DNA of 64,000 nt from Camelus dromedarius (GCF_036321535.1 NC_087436.1:13640001-13704000), one strand, 5' to 3'. Shown: positions 1-11,926, numbered from the stretch's first letter. Numbers and translations are program-made. The notes: a model not told the origin generated them from the letters alone.

Positions 1-1584
1 CGGCTGCGGACACGAGGGGGCGGGCCAGTGCCCTCCAACTCTGCAATCCTCACGCTGCAAACTCAACTCACTCGAGGCCAACACACACACGTTTAAAAAA
101 GAATACCTATAAAGTGAGCACTTTTGCATTTGGTTAACAGAAAATTATATAAATGTTACATAACTATAAAAACGCTGGGAAGTGTTAATTCCTCTCCCAC
201 ACGAGTTGGGCGTTCGACACCCACAGAGGAAAACGTCCAACACGATGAAGGAACCCAGGAAAGAGCCAAGAGCAGGGGAGACGGGGTCCAAACAGAAAAA
301 GAAATCAGAAATTAAGACACCCCTTTGGATTCTGGAAGCCATCAGTATGAACAGAACACAGATATTCTCAAGAAAATGTGCCACAACTTTCCTAGAGTCT
401 TAATTCATGAGAAAATGGATTTCCTCACATTTTCTTTAGGTCAAAAACAGCACTTCAGTTCAGTATGAGTCATCAAAGCTTCTTAGGAAGGATCCAAATT
501 TAACATCCAACACTAAACCATGCCCAAGAAGAGGTAAAGCAGACTCTGAGAAAATCAGTAATGCCTGTGGTGGGGCTGAGAATCAGGGCAAACAACAAAA
601 TGAATTCAAATAACAGGTCCTCTGTTAAGTGTCTGAGAAATTCTAACGTGACGATATTCAAGAACTTAGAAATGCTGTGAACATGTACTTGCTTTAAAAA
701 GCAGAACCATTCCAGGGCATCCTACTAAGCCTGTTTACTCAGAGCACTTACTTACATATCTTTCCTCCATTTATCCCTCGGAGGAGGAGTGTCTGAGCCA
801 CAAGACAAAAAACAAATGGAACAGGAACAAGTGAACTGACCAGAATCCTGCTCAGAGTCCTACTGAAACCAGTCTAATGGCATGGTGCATTGAACAAACC
901 ACTACATTTTTATTTCCAGTTATTAGTATCTATAAGAAAATGAGACGATTTTTTAAAATTTCTGCGAAGACTGGTATTTCAGAACATTTGGAGTTATCCA
1001 TCTAATTTGGTGAGAACTTCCACGTACTGTTAATTTCAAGGCTTTGGGGCATTAGGAACCTTAAAAGTTCATTATCCTTTATTTTATCATAGGCAGAAAC
1101 AACAGAAAACGTGCTGACTGGTCCTCTTTTAGAGTGCTGAGATCAGTAGCAATTTTATCTTTACCTCTAAGTTTTTATTATTTTGATCACATCGTGAAAA
1201 AATAATAGTTATAAACCTCTGAAAAGAGACCTATTTCAGAAGATCATCTACGCTACACACAAAGCCCTGCGATCCTGTCAGGCCATCAAGGGGCTCCTGG
1301 ATACAGAACACAAGCCTGGAAGATGCAGCTCCCTTCACAGCTGTCCGACAGGCTGACACGGAGAGCAAGGGTGTGAAACAGCCCTGAGCAATCTGGCAAC
1401 AGCCTTCCTTATTGTTGGGAATTTTAATTTATGATTTACTACAGGCTTCTCAGAAGGAGATGGGAGAAAGAGCAGGGAAGAAAGGAATGACACATTTTCT
1501 ATTGTTCAGAAAACGGTCTGCTTCTCCCCGACAAGGGTGAGCACCTAGACAGAGCCACTAACACCCACCTTGGAAGATTTTCCT

Positions 1585-1838
1585 CTTATGGTTACCGGTG
1601 AGGAGGGGCGGGGGGGGATAAATTGGGAGTTTGAGATTTGCAGATACTAACTACCATATATAAAATAGATAAACAACAAGTTTCTTCTGTACAGCAAAGG
1701 GAACTATATCCAATATCCTCTAGTAACCCATGATGAAAAATATGAAAATAAATATATGTATGTATATGTGTGACTGAAGCACGCTCTACACCAGAAATTG
1801 ACACACTGTAACTGACTATACTTGAATTGAAAAATAAA
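1585..1838 (+). mobile_element. 5'-truncated L1 3' UTR
   Basis: cttatggttacc...gggagtttgagatttgcagatac...gactatacttgaatt, shared with other L1 3' ends in the window. Confidence 0.88.
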
Positions 1839-3109
1839 TTTTTTTCCTCACACACAATAAGTTACACTAGGGAAAAAACTGCCTCAGTAAAAGAAGACAC
1901 AATCCCTCAGGTGCCTTCAGGGGTTCTGACAGGTTTGGGACATCACTCAAGAGACAGATCACCTCCCTGACCCCTTCCCCAAAGGTGGTCTTGTCACTAG
2001 TGTTTCTGAAAATATCTGCGTACTTTGGTGGAAATGGCCAGAACGTGGCACACACACTGAGTGTTTCCACTGAGTGAATGGACGTTCTGAAGAGGCTCCC
2101 AGACCACCAGGTGGGCTGAGTTCAGCTCTCAAGACTGAGGCTGTTTTCCTCAGACTCTAGAAAGGATCTCAATATAAAAACGACAAGCTTTTCACAAAGC
2201 GCAATCCTTTTCAAAATAAGGAAAGAACTAATGCTCAAAGTCGAAAGTGGAGACTCAGGAGGTGCTTATATTTTTGGTTTTCTCATTCCTGAGTGTTCTG
2301 CACACTGGGGGTCCCTGCCTGTCACTACCTGTCAGTTTGTTATGATGCTTCCCTTCAAAATCCGACAAAAGAACCCAACACCCTTAATGTTACCAAAAAA
2401 ACTGCGTCTCCGACCTGCAAACTACAATTTTCTTCCTCTAGATTTCTCAGTCCACTCTTATTTTTTAAATTTTCAACTCTTTAAAATGTTTAAATGGTTA
2501 ACTTGATGCCAGGCAATTTGTTTACTTTTTAACCTCTCTGATGTTTTCCTAGAATAGTCTTCTAAACAGAAGACAGACAGAACCAAATACCTGTCAGTCA
2601 ATGGATTTCCCTGTGAGGAGCCTCCTGCTGACATAGGACTTCTGGAGATAAATACAGGACTGAGAATTAGCACCTTTGCATCTGCTCGTATGACCGTGGT
2701 GGAAAGCTAGGGTTCTTTCATCAACTGATCTGATCTGATCAGCAACCACCCTGCTACCACTTCACATGCTGATGAGCCAGCCAAAAGGCAGTTGTAAAAA
2801 AGTTCTTGTAGTGAGAGATTCATTTCATTTCATAAAGCATTACAGGCATACCAGTCATTGCCCAGGAAGAAAAGATTCTGGGCAAGTTCACCATCTACAA
2901 TGTTACAAGCAAACGCTGTGTTTACTGGCTCCCTTATTAAATTTAGTCACACTTGCTGAAGTGATGGGTATGACGTGGTCATTGAAGCTCAATTACAGGC
3001 ATTAAGCCACAAGCATCAGACAAGAGGAACTTGAAGCATGAAATCGAATCCTCTGCCCTGCCCTGGCACTACACAGCTGGGCCACGCCCTCCAGAGCGCA
3101 ATGATGGAT

Positions 3110-3221
3110 GGGAGGGTCTAGCTCAGTAGCAGAGCGCATGCTTAGCATGCACAAGGTCCTGGGTTCAATCCCCAGTACCTCCAATCAAAAATAAATTAAA
3201 ACCTAATTACTGCCACCCCCC
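3110..3221 (+). mobile_element. Camelid tRNA-Ala-derived SINE (Vic-1-like)
   Basis: ggagggtctagctcagt...gggttcaatccccagtacctcc head with A/B boxes, then aaacctaattac body. Confidence 0.9.
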
Positions 3222-4571
3222 TAACATTTTTTTCCCACAACATTGTAAACTAACTATAGTTCAATTAAAAACCAACAACAACAAAGCACTATGATGCAGA
3301 AGGCCCCTCCCATCCATCCGTCCGCAATGCCACTGCCTTTGCACTCTGCAGGTGCATTTTCCCAGACACCTGATGGATGCAATGGACCACAGAAGAAGCA
3401 CTCCTGGACAAAATTCCCTCAAACCATCTATGATTTTAAGTTGGTGTGAAGTCAGCCTGTGTCCAATGCTGTCCTCAGGCCTAAAGGACACACAAAACTA
3501 GAGAAAAGTCCAACCAGACTCACCCCATCATTTCGCCCTTTCACAGAGCTTTGCAGCCTGGGCCCTAGAGAGTGTCGAGAGTGACAGAAAAGGGGGAGGA
3601 GGTCCCCACTGCCCCGCCATAAACCCCCTCAGACAAGGAAGGCTCTGACTTCATGGAGACCGGGTTGAGTACATCATCCGGGGGGCATACCCACACGCCA
3701 CGGGGAGGGGACATGGGGATGGCGCTGACCCTGCAAGCAGGAGTCCATTCAAGCACGTGCACTATGGCCAGGGAAACAGGACGGAGGGCTAGAACAAGGG
3801 GTACCAGGAATGCGTGCTGGAATGCGAGCCTAATCCATGCTCTACTCAGAGGACCCCGGCTTTCCTTTAAAGTAGAAATGTCCTTTGATGGAACGTGTAC
3901 AATTCAGTCTGGTTTCTTCTCTACTAAATCCATAAAGCTCATAAGACTCATCCAATCTACCACCTTCTCTACAATATCAAGAAGTAAAAAATACGAAATC
4001 ATTTATATTCAGACATTTCAAATAAGATCAAAGACCACTGATTCTTCCATATTAAAAACTGTCAAAGATATGACTTTTAATAGGAACAGAAATGCACTTA
4101 TTAAAATGGTCAGGATGGATGCGAAAATATAAGCAGAGGCTCTTATGCCAGAAGCCAGAGGGATCAATTAAAGAGTTAACGACAAATGGATATGGAAGAA
4201 AGCCTCCCCGTCTAGTTTTGCTGGCATTTTTATTAACTGTATTTGCTACAAGAGAACTTCTGTCTTCTTTTAACCAAGGGACACAATTAGAGAAGAAACA
4301 GGGACAAGGAGCCTGTGATGGTGGCAGCTGGTAAATCGGTAAGAAAGTAAGTTTTGTTCAGTCAGAAACATTTCATGGGCTGACTGATTTTTCCCTATTT
4401 TGGGAGGAGGGGCTGATTGATTTATATAAATAGTCTGGAAAGCCAAGAAAAAAGATAATGAGGAATAGGTGTCCATAGATTCTCACAGTAAAACGTGGTA
4501 CTCCCATCATTCTAACATAGGTACTAAACGGAAAAGTAAACTCTTAACCGCGACGTTCTAAAAATTGGTGC

Positions 4572-4660
4572 ACTGAAAAATTGTGCTGAACACTGGAATT
4601 TGACACAACATTGTAAAATGATTATAAATCAATAAAAAATGTTAAAAAAAAATAAAACAA
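4572..4660 (+). mobile_element. Very short L1 3' end
   Basis: acacaacattgtaaaatgattataaatcaataaa plus A tail; TSD aaa(a/c)ttggtgc. Confidence 0.85.
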
Positions 4661-4861
4661 AAACTTGGTGCGTCGTCCTCAACATTCCATCTTACAGACC
4701 GTATTTCAACAGTTAGCGCCTCTGCTCATAAGCCTTTGCGCGTGAACTGGAAATTGAGTCGCCACCGTTAAACCTAAAGTCACAGGTGGGAACAAAGTCC
4801 ACTCAAAACAGACCGGCCCCAAACAGGAGACAAGAGTCATCAGACAGGATGCAAAGGTTAC

Positions 4862-5128
4862 CGTTAGTTCTCCTGGAAACTTCGGGCAGGTCTGGCGGGT
4901 ACTGAGGTGGATTTCTCGGCAGATGGCTTTCAGGTAGTTTCTTCGGGGGCTTCAGGGGACAGGGCTCGCGCTCCTTGAGCGCGGCCGCGTTCTCGGGTCC
5001 TTTACTGGCCGTTTCCTTAGGAAACATACACGTCGGTGCCCCCTCCTTGGCGGGGCACTCCGGGGGGGCGTGGCCGCCGGCGGCGCGCAGGCAGCCTTTG
5101 GGGAGCGCCAGGGGCTTGTGCAGGCCGC

Positions 5129-5160
<32 letters not shown>

Positions 5161-5424
5161 CAGCCGTCCCCCAGCGCAGCGGCGCACGCGTCCTCCCGCG
5201 CGGCGGCGGCCGGCCTGTCGTCGGCGGCCGCGCCGGCCGCGCCCGCCTTGTGTCGGCCGTAGTACACGGAGCACTTGTGCTTCCGCTGCGAGTGGCCGTA
5301 GGTGGCCGGGCTCCTCTTCGGGGCGTTCTGCAGCCTGCTCTGCGGGGCGCTGACCGCCAGGCAGCTCTTCCCCCGGCCTTTATCCGAGGGGCCGTAGGTG
5401 TCGAGAAAGTTCTTGCAGCTGCTT
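4862..5424 (-). CDS. TMEM131L: TMEM131L exon ~25, large cytoplasmic-tail exon ([19 protein letters not shown]...LPEVSRRTN)
   Basis: 563 nt; ttcag|A, G|gtaacc; open frame, partly ORF 4803..5267; both ends match recalled human sequence, the centre is highly GC-shifted. Confidence 0.92.
4960..5400. promoter_or_regulatory. Exonic CpG-island-like segment
   Basis: 5101-5220 has 105 of 120 bases G or C by direct count, with dense CpG; flanking introns are AT-rich. Regulatory function is not shown. Confidence 0.6.
5131..5160. repeat. (CCCGCG)4-CCCGCC coding hexamer repeat encoding (Ala-Gly)n
   Basis: Read directly from the sequence. Confidence 0.95.
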
Positions 5425-5565
5425 CTGAATTTAGGAAGATTAGGAATTAATTAGGAATTAACAAATGTAACACCGAGGCAGACCCAAGACACCTCTACCT
5501 GAACTCCCGCTGAAAGAGGGAGCAGTCAGTGTTGTGTGTATCAGGGAGCTCTCCACCTTCTCTTC

Positions 5566-5686
5566 TTTTTTTTGTCAAGGAGGGGGTGATGAGGTTTATT
5601 TAATTATTACTTTAATAGAAGGACTGGGGATTGAACCCAGGACCCTGTACATGCTATGCATGCACCACTTGAGCTACACACTCCCC
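5566..5686 (-). mobile_element. Vic-1-like SINE
   Basis: Reverse complement of the SINE head (ggactggggattgaacccaggacc...gagct). Confidence 0.88.
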
Positions 5687-5693
5687 ACTAATA

Positions 5694-6036
5694 CCTGTTT
5701 TGTTTTGTTTTTTAAGTCATACAGATACATACATACGTTCATTTTCATATTCTTTACATTATAGGTTACTACAAGATATTGAATATAGTTCCCTGTGCTA
5801 TACAAAAGAAACTTGTTTATCTGTTTTATATATAGTACTTGGTACCTGCAAATCTCAAACTCCCAATTTATCCCTTCCCACCCCCTCTCCCCACTGATAA
5901 CCATAAATTTGTCTTCTGTGTCTGTGAGTCTGTTTCTGTTTTGTAAATAAATTCATTTGTGTCTTTTTTTTAAGATTCCATGTATAAGTGATGTCATACG
6001 TATTTGTCTTTCTCTTTCTGGCTTACTTCACTTAGG
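5694..6036 (-). mobile_element. L1 3' end (ORF2 end and 3' UTR)
   Basis: Reverse complement of the L1 seen at 13550-14070. Confidence 0.88.
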
Positions 6037-6040
6037 GTCA

Positions 6041-6360
6041 TCCAAAACAAAACAAAAAAAGAATATAAATACAAAACAGAAACAGACTCATAGACATAGA
6101 ATACAAACTTGTGGTTGCCAAGGGGGCAGGGGGTGGGAAGAGACAGACTGGGAGTTCAAAATTTGTAGATACTGACAGGCATATGTAGAATAGATAAACA
6201 AGATTATACTGTATAGCACAGGGAAATATATACAAGATCTTGTGGTAGCTCACAGAGAAAAAAAATGTGACAATATATGTATGTTCATGTATAACTGAAA
6301 AATTGAATTTAACACAACATTGTAAAATGACTAACTCAATAGAAAAATCTTAATAAAAAA
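6041..6360 (+). mobile_element. L1 3' UTR (different subfamily)
   Basis: acagaaacagactcatagacatagaatacaaacttgtggttgcc...acaacattgtaaaatgac plus A tail. Confidence 0.85.
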
Positions 6361-6442
6361 AGAAGCTATGGTATATTTATACATGGAATACTACTCAGCC
6401 ATAAAAAATCATAAAATAATGCTATTTGTACCAACATGGATG
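6361..6442 (+). mobile_element. L1 ORF2 C-terminal fragment, probable inverted arm of the 5694-6036 element
   Basis: atggaatactactcagccataaaaaa...caacatggatg. Confidence 0.75.
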
Positions 6443-6588
6443 TTTTTGTTTTTTTGTTTTGTTTTGGTGAGGGAGGTAATTAAGTTTATTTATTTACTTA
6501 TATAGTTTAATGGAGGTACGAGGGATTGAACCTGGGACCTCATGCATGCTAAGTAAGCACTCTACCTCTGAGCTGCACCCTCCTCCCC
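6443..6588 (-). mobile_element. Vic-1-like SINE
   Basis: gggaggtaattaagtttatt...gggattgaacctgggacc...ctgagctgcaccctcc. Confidence 0.9.
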
Positions 6589-6806
6589 ACTTATTCTGTT
6601 CTTCTAAAGCTCGGAGAGTTGGATACACTTACGTGAAGTCTATCTCATCATAAAAGAAATATCACAGTGGTCACATAAGACTTAAAAGAAAATTGTGCAA
6701 AAACACACTTGGAATCCAAATGTATATTACCTTACAATAAAAACCAGAAATGAGTGATATCAAAGGTGAGACCTGCCCACACACACGCTACAAGAATCCT
6801 CCTTAC

Positions 6807-6956
6807 TTGTGCGAATGGGGGCCGATGACATCCACTGGACCACTGCTCTGCTGTGAAGAGGAGCTGGCGTTCTGCCTCTGTCTCGTTTTCATGAACTCCA
6901 TCAGAATGTACTGCGCTTGTTGGAAGGCTATTAAAATGACACCCAACAGGGACAGA
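6807..6956 (-). CDS. TMEM131L: TMEM131L exon ~24 ([50 protein letters not shown]); end of the TM helix
   Basis: 150 nt; ctcag|T, AA|gtaagg. Confidence 0.94.
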
Positions 6957-7580
6957 CTGAGGAAGAAAGCAACGAGGTCCATTACTGCCTGGTTCTGACT
7001 GGCGTTAAAAACACCAGCTTTACAGGAGAGTGGTGAATGGTTGATGGGAAATGCCTAAAGATATGGTATGAAAATCCCATAAGATGTATGACATCACAAT
7101 TTCTGACATTTCTTGAAGATTTTTTTAAGAAACGAAGTTTCTAATAATATGACTATTAACTCCAACATTCTAATTCAATTTTTAAAGACACTTCTAGGAT
7201 AAAATCACATCTTAAAGGGTCATTCTAGTCTTCTAATCTCAAACTGCCATTGTCCTAAGCTAATAAGACATCATGCATCTTATACGATGTTTATGTATCT
7301 TAGATGTTATATTACATATACACCTTCCACTGTGACTGCCCTTGAACACAGATGGAACACAATGTCCACTATACTCCTGGGTCACCCTGTGAATCTCTTA
7401 CAATTAGTTTACTATTATCTTAAAGCTTACCAGTGACTACTTCGTCTACTTCATGAATGTCAGGGTTCTCAAAGCAACCTAAGCTCCACTCAACCCATAT
7501 GCTTCGCTCACACCTGGACAATATCCATTTTCATGCAACGCGCCGGGATGTCTTCTCCAGCGGAGAAGGTGGTAGCTTAC

Positions 7581-7766
7581 CCAACGAAGAAAACCGTGAG
7601 CCTCCAAAACGACTCCTCCCAGCTGGGCCCTGGAACCACGTCCGCACACAGAGGCAGCAGGTGATGCGGGAGGGTCACGTTGAGAGTGAAGCGAAACTCG
7701 AGGTCTGCTGCCGTCACAAGAGTCAGCTCACGAATGACCCAGGAAGAGGTGAAGTCTGGGGTAAAC
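7581..7766 (-). CDS. TMEM131L: TMEM131L exon ~23 ([17 protein letters not shown]...[14 protein letters not shown]); start of the TM helix
   Basis: 186 nt; gttag|G, GG|gtaagc. Confidence 0.95.
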
Positions 7767-7978
7767 CTAACAACAGAAGAGCCATCTTTACGAACCTTCA
7801 TTGTTTACATTTTAGGCACGAAACAAAATAATTATCATGGCAGCAAAATTTCTTACACTGACAAGATAAATACTTGTATGAAAACAACTTAAGACATCTT
7901 ACCGATGAAAAAGGGTTTCTCCCCACCAGATATTAAATGCATCCCCAAACTTAAATGAGGTTCCAGCCCAGTGCTCAC

Positions 7979-8165
7979 ACAATGCTGATGTCCCGGGACG
8001 TGCTGGGGTCCAAGGAAAACTGATGACAGTCTAGCACTTCGAATCCATAACCTTGGCAATTATACCCATTAATTTTCAGAGACGTCACAGTTATAGGAAG
8101 CGGTCCGATATTCTCAACCTTGAAGTTCTTTGTAATAGATAAAATTTGCTTGCTGTCTTTCAGTT
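7979..8165 (-). CDS. TMEM131L: TMEM131L exon ~22 ([27 protein letters not shown]...STSRDISIV)
   Basis: 187 nt; actag|AA, GT|gtgagc. Confidence 0.95.
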
Positions 8166-9248
8166 CTAGTGAGGATGGAAAGTGAGATTTAGTACAGATG
8201 AACTGCAAATTTTATTTAAAACAATTTACTATATCAACATTTATTGAATCCACAAACCATGATCTACATGATTAAAATGAAAAAAAAAATCCATATAAGC
8301 TCAAAGTATGATTTCCTAGCTAATTTCTAGAACAGTCATAGATTGTGTTGTACTATCAGAATATGATAAAAATACTTAACTAGTCAAGGTTGTTCCTCAG
8401 TTAAATGATCTGCCTAGGTACCCAAAGTAATCAAAATCTATTCTTTGTTCTTTTACTTACTCAAGGTTAAGGTGGTAAGTTTACTCTTCTCAGAAGCCTA
8501 GGAGTCTGGACTTACCACTAGCCACCACACACACACCCTGTGCCTCGATCACACTGAACAGGGACCAGTTAGGAGGGGGTGTGCTTCTGTGTAAATCCAA
8601 AACAGCCACTAAAAACACAGTTAAAACTCCCACTGCAGGAGGATGCAGCAGGTAGGTATAGCCTTGCAAATCAATAAAAGCACATTTCATATTGGGAGTT
8701 TAAAAAAGGAACAGTTATCAAATGTTAAAATATTCCAATAAATCTATAATGCACAATCTATTCCACATAAGGACTGACATTTTATCTGGTTCTACAGTTT
8801 TCGTATTCCTCCTTAATTCAAACTTTCAAGGCCAACTTTAAACTACTGAACGAATGAAAGAATGGAGAAAAGAAACACTCTGATGAAAACTTTGAATGCA
8901 AAATGGCTAATCTTTTCAAACTTGGTGCTCATTTGGCATAATTTTCTGGAAAAAAAAATTCAGTCATTAAAGTAGTGCTACAAATTATCCAATGGTTTCA
9001 ATGAGTTTTTCCCATAGGATACATACTGTTACACTATAATGTTTTCAGTGGGTTCCTGAAACTAAAACTAATAATAGGAAAATAAGATAGAATTTACCAA
9101 AAACATTTTCATCTGTTGTTTTATTTTTTGTCTTACTTCCTGAGGAAGTTCTGCAAACTAACACAAATAGTTCAAAAGCATTTAATTTAAATTCATGCAT
9201 AATTTACAAAGTTCTAATGGATCATGTAGATGTTTAAATCTGTACCGT

Positions 9249-9438
9249 CTGATACAGTGGCCACTAGATACATATGGTTACTTAAATTAAAATTAAATAA
9301 ATTTAAAAATTGATTTTTTTCAGTCACACGAGCTGTATCTTAAGCATTCATCAGCTACACATGGCAAGCAGCTGCCAGACTGGACAACACAATGTACAAC
9401 ACTTCCATTACTGCGAAAAGTTCTACTGGTTAGCACAC
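9249..9438. mobile_element. MER3/MER33-like hAT-Charlie DNA transposon remnant
   Basis: atacagtggccactagatacatatggttactt...ttccattactgcgaaaagttctactgg. Confidence 0.7.
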
Positions 9439-9805
9439 TTTCAGTCTCTCCACTTCTCATTTTGGTGTGATTTTCTATGATTAGCTAACTGATAAACCAA
9501 ATTACCAGTTATCTTTAGTATTTCATACTCTACTGGTAACTTAACATTATACATTGTCCCCCCATATCTATTATTTAAATTGGGTTAAATATCTAAGGCT
9601 GTTGTTCTAATCGAGTTGTCTACACATGCTCAAATGTTTGCCTAATTATTTGCATCAATACAACAAATTTAATGTAAATTTTTTAAAGAATCTTGTAATC
9701 TCATTTTGCTCTTGGCTTAAGCCCAAGCCTGCCCTTCCGAGTTCCACGCACACGGGCCACGCCACGCACACAGGCCACACACGGGAACCACGCTTTCGGA
9801 CTCAC

Positions 9806-9948
9806 GTCGGCGGCAGTCCATCAGCGTGGACTCGGGCACCTTAAATCGCAGAGACCCTCCCGCACCAGGAAGTCTTCCACCCACTTTCAGTAATTCTCTT
9901 GCTCCAAATCCTTCCACGCCAACCATGTCGATAACAGTCAGGTTATTC
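9806..9948 (-). CDS. TMEM131L: TMEM131L exon ~21 ([47 protein letters not shown])
   Basis: 143 nt; cgtag|G, C|gtgagt. Confidence 0.95.
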
Positions 9949-11798
9949 CTACGGTGAAAGGAGATGCAAATAAAAAAGCATTACCAGGAGAGTCACAAGA
10001 TACAGTGACTTGAATTTGAATATTCCTAGTTAGCAAAAACGTTTTTAAAGATTTGGGGGGGAAAATCCATTTAAAGAGTGTGGCATCTCCTGACATCTCA
10101 GGGAATCCATGAGCCAACGGAAGCCGCCAAGCCCTGGCAGAGTCACGGCAAGCGGACTGGGTGAGAACCAGCGAATGACCATGACTGGTCTCCAGTCTCC
10201 GCCCAAGGATGGAAACCCGCAGTGTTCTAAGCAGGCACCAGGGGGGTGATCAACCCTCCAAGAGACAAAAAAATGAAGAAATAAACTGGGGGCCACCCAG
10301 AAACACTTAACAAATTAGGACAAATTGGTAAAAAACCGTTTACAGGGTGAATTAAGGAGTTTTCACAGTAATTGTGACTCTAAGAAATTCTGCCTTAGGG
10401 GTAATTCTAGAAATAAAATCTGACCCTATCTTCTGAACTAAAGATATAAAATATCATCCAAAAATAATATATATCGACTCAAGTTCTTAAGAGTCAAACA
10501 GTAATTCAGACTAGCTCTTGCCTTTTCATTAAATGAAATCATGAATCCCAGGATGAAAAAGTTAAGTGGAAATGATGTTCAAATGATGGAGACAGCACTG
10601 AAAGCCAGTTATCATTCACGTAAATACTAGAAGCAGAGACAGAATCCATTCCTAGTTATGCAGAATACACTGAGATGTCTTTACCTCTTCTAGAGGATTA
10701 AAACCTTTATGGAAAACTGCTTAAAAGCCTTTTAGTGACGTTAGATGATCAATATTGTTTACAGAAAAATATCTCTCAATACAGAAACCATCAAAAATAA
10801 ATTAACTAGTATAAAAAAATCGAGACTTTTTAAGTCTGGGATAGTTGAAGCTGGGATGAGATAAAGCTTATCTTTGTACTTCCTACAACCTTAGTTCTTC
10901 AACAGAGAATGGGTTTAAGATGAAACATTGTCAGCAGAGCATTAAAATGCTTACTGGAACATTGGTTATTCGTTTGTTCTAGTAAGCACTAGTCAAAATG
11001 CTTAATAAAACAAACTATTTTAAGAACTTTATTTTAGTGCATTTTCATTTTAGTAGCACTCACTTGCAGAAGAACAAACTCATATGATATACTAAAGAAC
11101 GTCCAAAATCAGAAAGTCTTTGCCTGCTGATCTGACACTAGAAACGCTTTACAAAAAAAAAAAAACAAAAATGACACTAATGAAAAACTGAACTTGTCAG
11201 ATGTCTTAGCCATTCAGAGAGCTTCAACATAGACCTGTATTGACTGCAAATTTTTGAGAAAAGACTACCTAAAGATGCAAAAATTTTAAGAATGAAAAAC
11301 ATGTAGCTGCTTAAATCAATTAACAACAATTGTTCATTTAAAAGGAAGGAAAAGAAGCAATACAAGTCAGGGGGCTGAACCAAGCACTTTTTCCATTGTC
11401 CTTTGCAGCTACAGAGAGTTCCAGAAGCAAGACATACAGATGGGACAATGGTATAAATCCAAACACTGAGGAATGAAAATGTATATACAGCAGTGTTTCG
11501 ATTATTTTTCAGAGCTGAGGACAGAGAAGTACGTGTCTGTGTGCTCATGTGTGTGTTCTGCTCTCTGATGGCAGGTGAGGCACTGAGTGAAGGGTACCGC
11601 CGCCCCAGGAAGATGGGCACTCACACCCCACGGTACAAGGGAGGAGCCTGGGGCACTGGGATTAAGTGTGGAGCCACACCTCTCCTACCATGAGACACAG
11701 CTCATCACTGAGGGCCTGACTAGAGGTACATGTCAACTCTTTGCTAAAGAGATTGTGTATTCTTCAGTCAGCCAAGAAAGAGACAGGGACACACCTAC

Positions 11799-11926
11799 CG
11801 GATTAGGATGAGTGAAGTCACTTTTCCATAGTCAGCTGGTGTGAAAACTACCCCGACCCTTTTCATTTCCAAAGGCTGCAAATGTAAGTGGAGGACGCCA
11901 AACCCGGATTCTTCAGCATGCACACC
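11799..11926 (-). CDS. TMEM131L: TMEM131L exon ~20 ([43 protein letters not shown])
   Basis: 128 nt; tgcag|GGT, CG|gtaggt. Confidence 0.94.

Noticed and set aside
1..4861. Next TMEM131L exon (approximately exon 26)
   Set aside because: No segment translates to the expected continuation; it probably lies beyond the window start.
4975..5450. Four overlapping Arg/Pro/Ala-rich ORFs in other frames and on the plus strand
   Set aside because: Expected from stop-codon depletion at very high GC; only the frame continuous with TMEM131L has splice-phase support.
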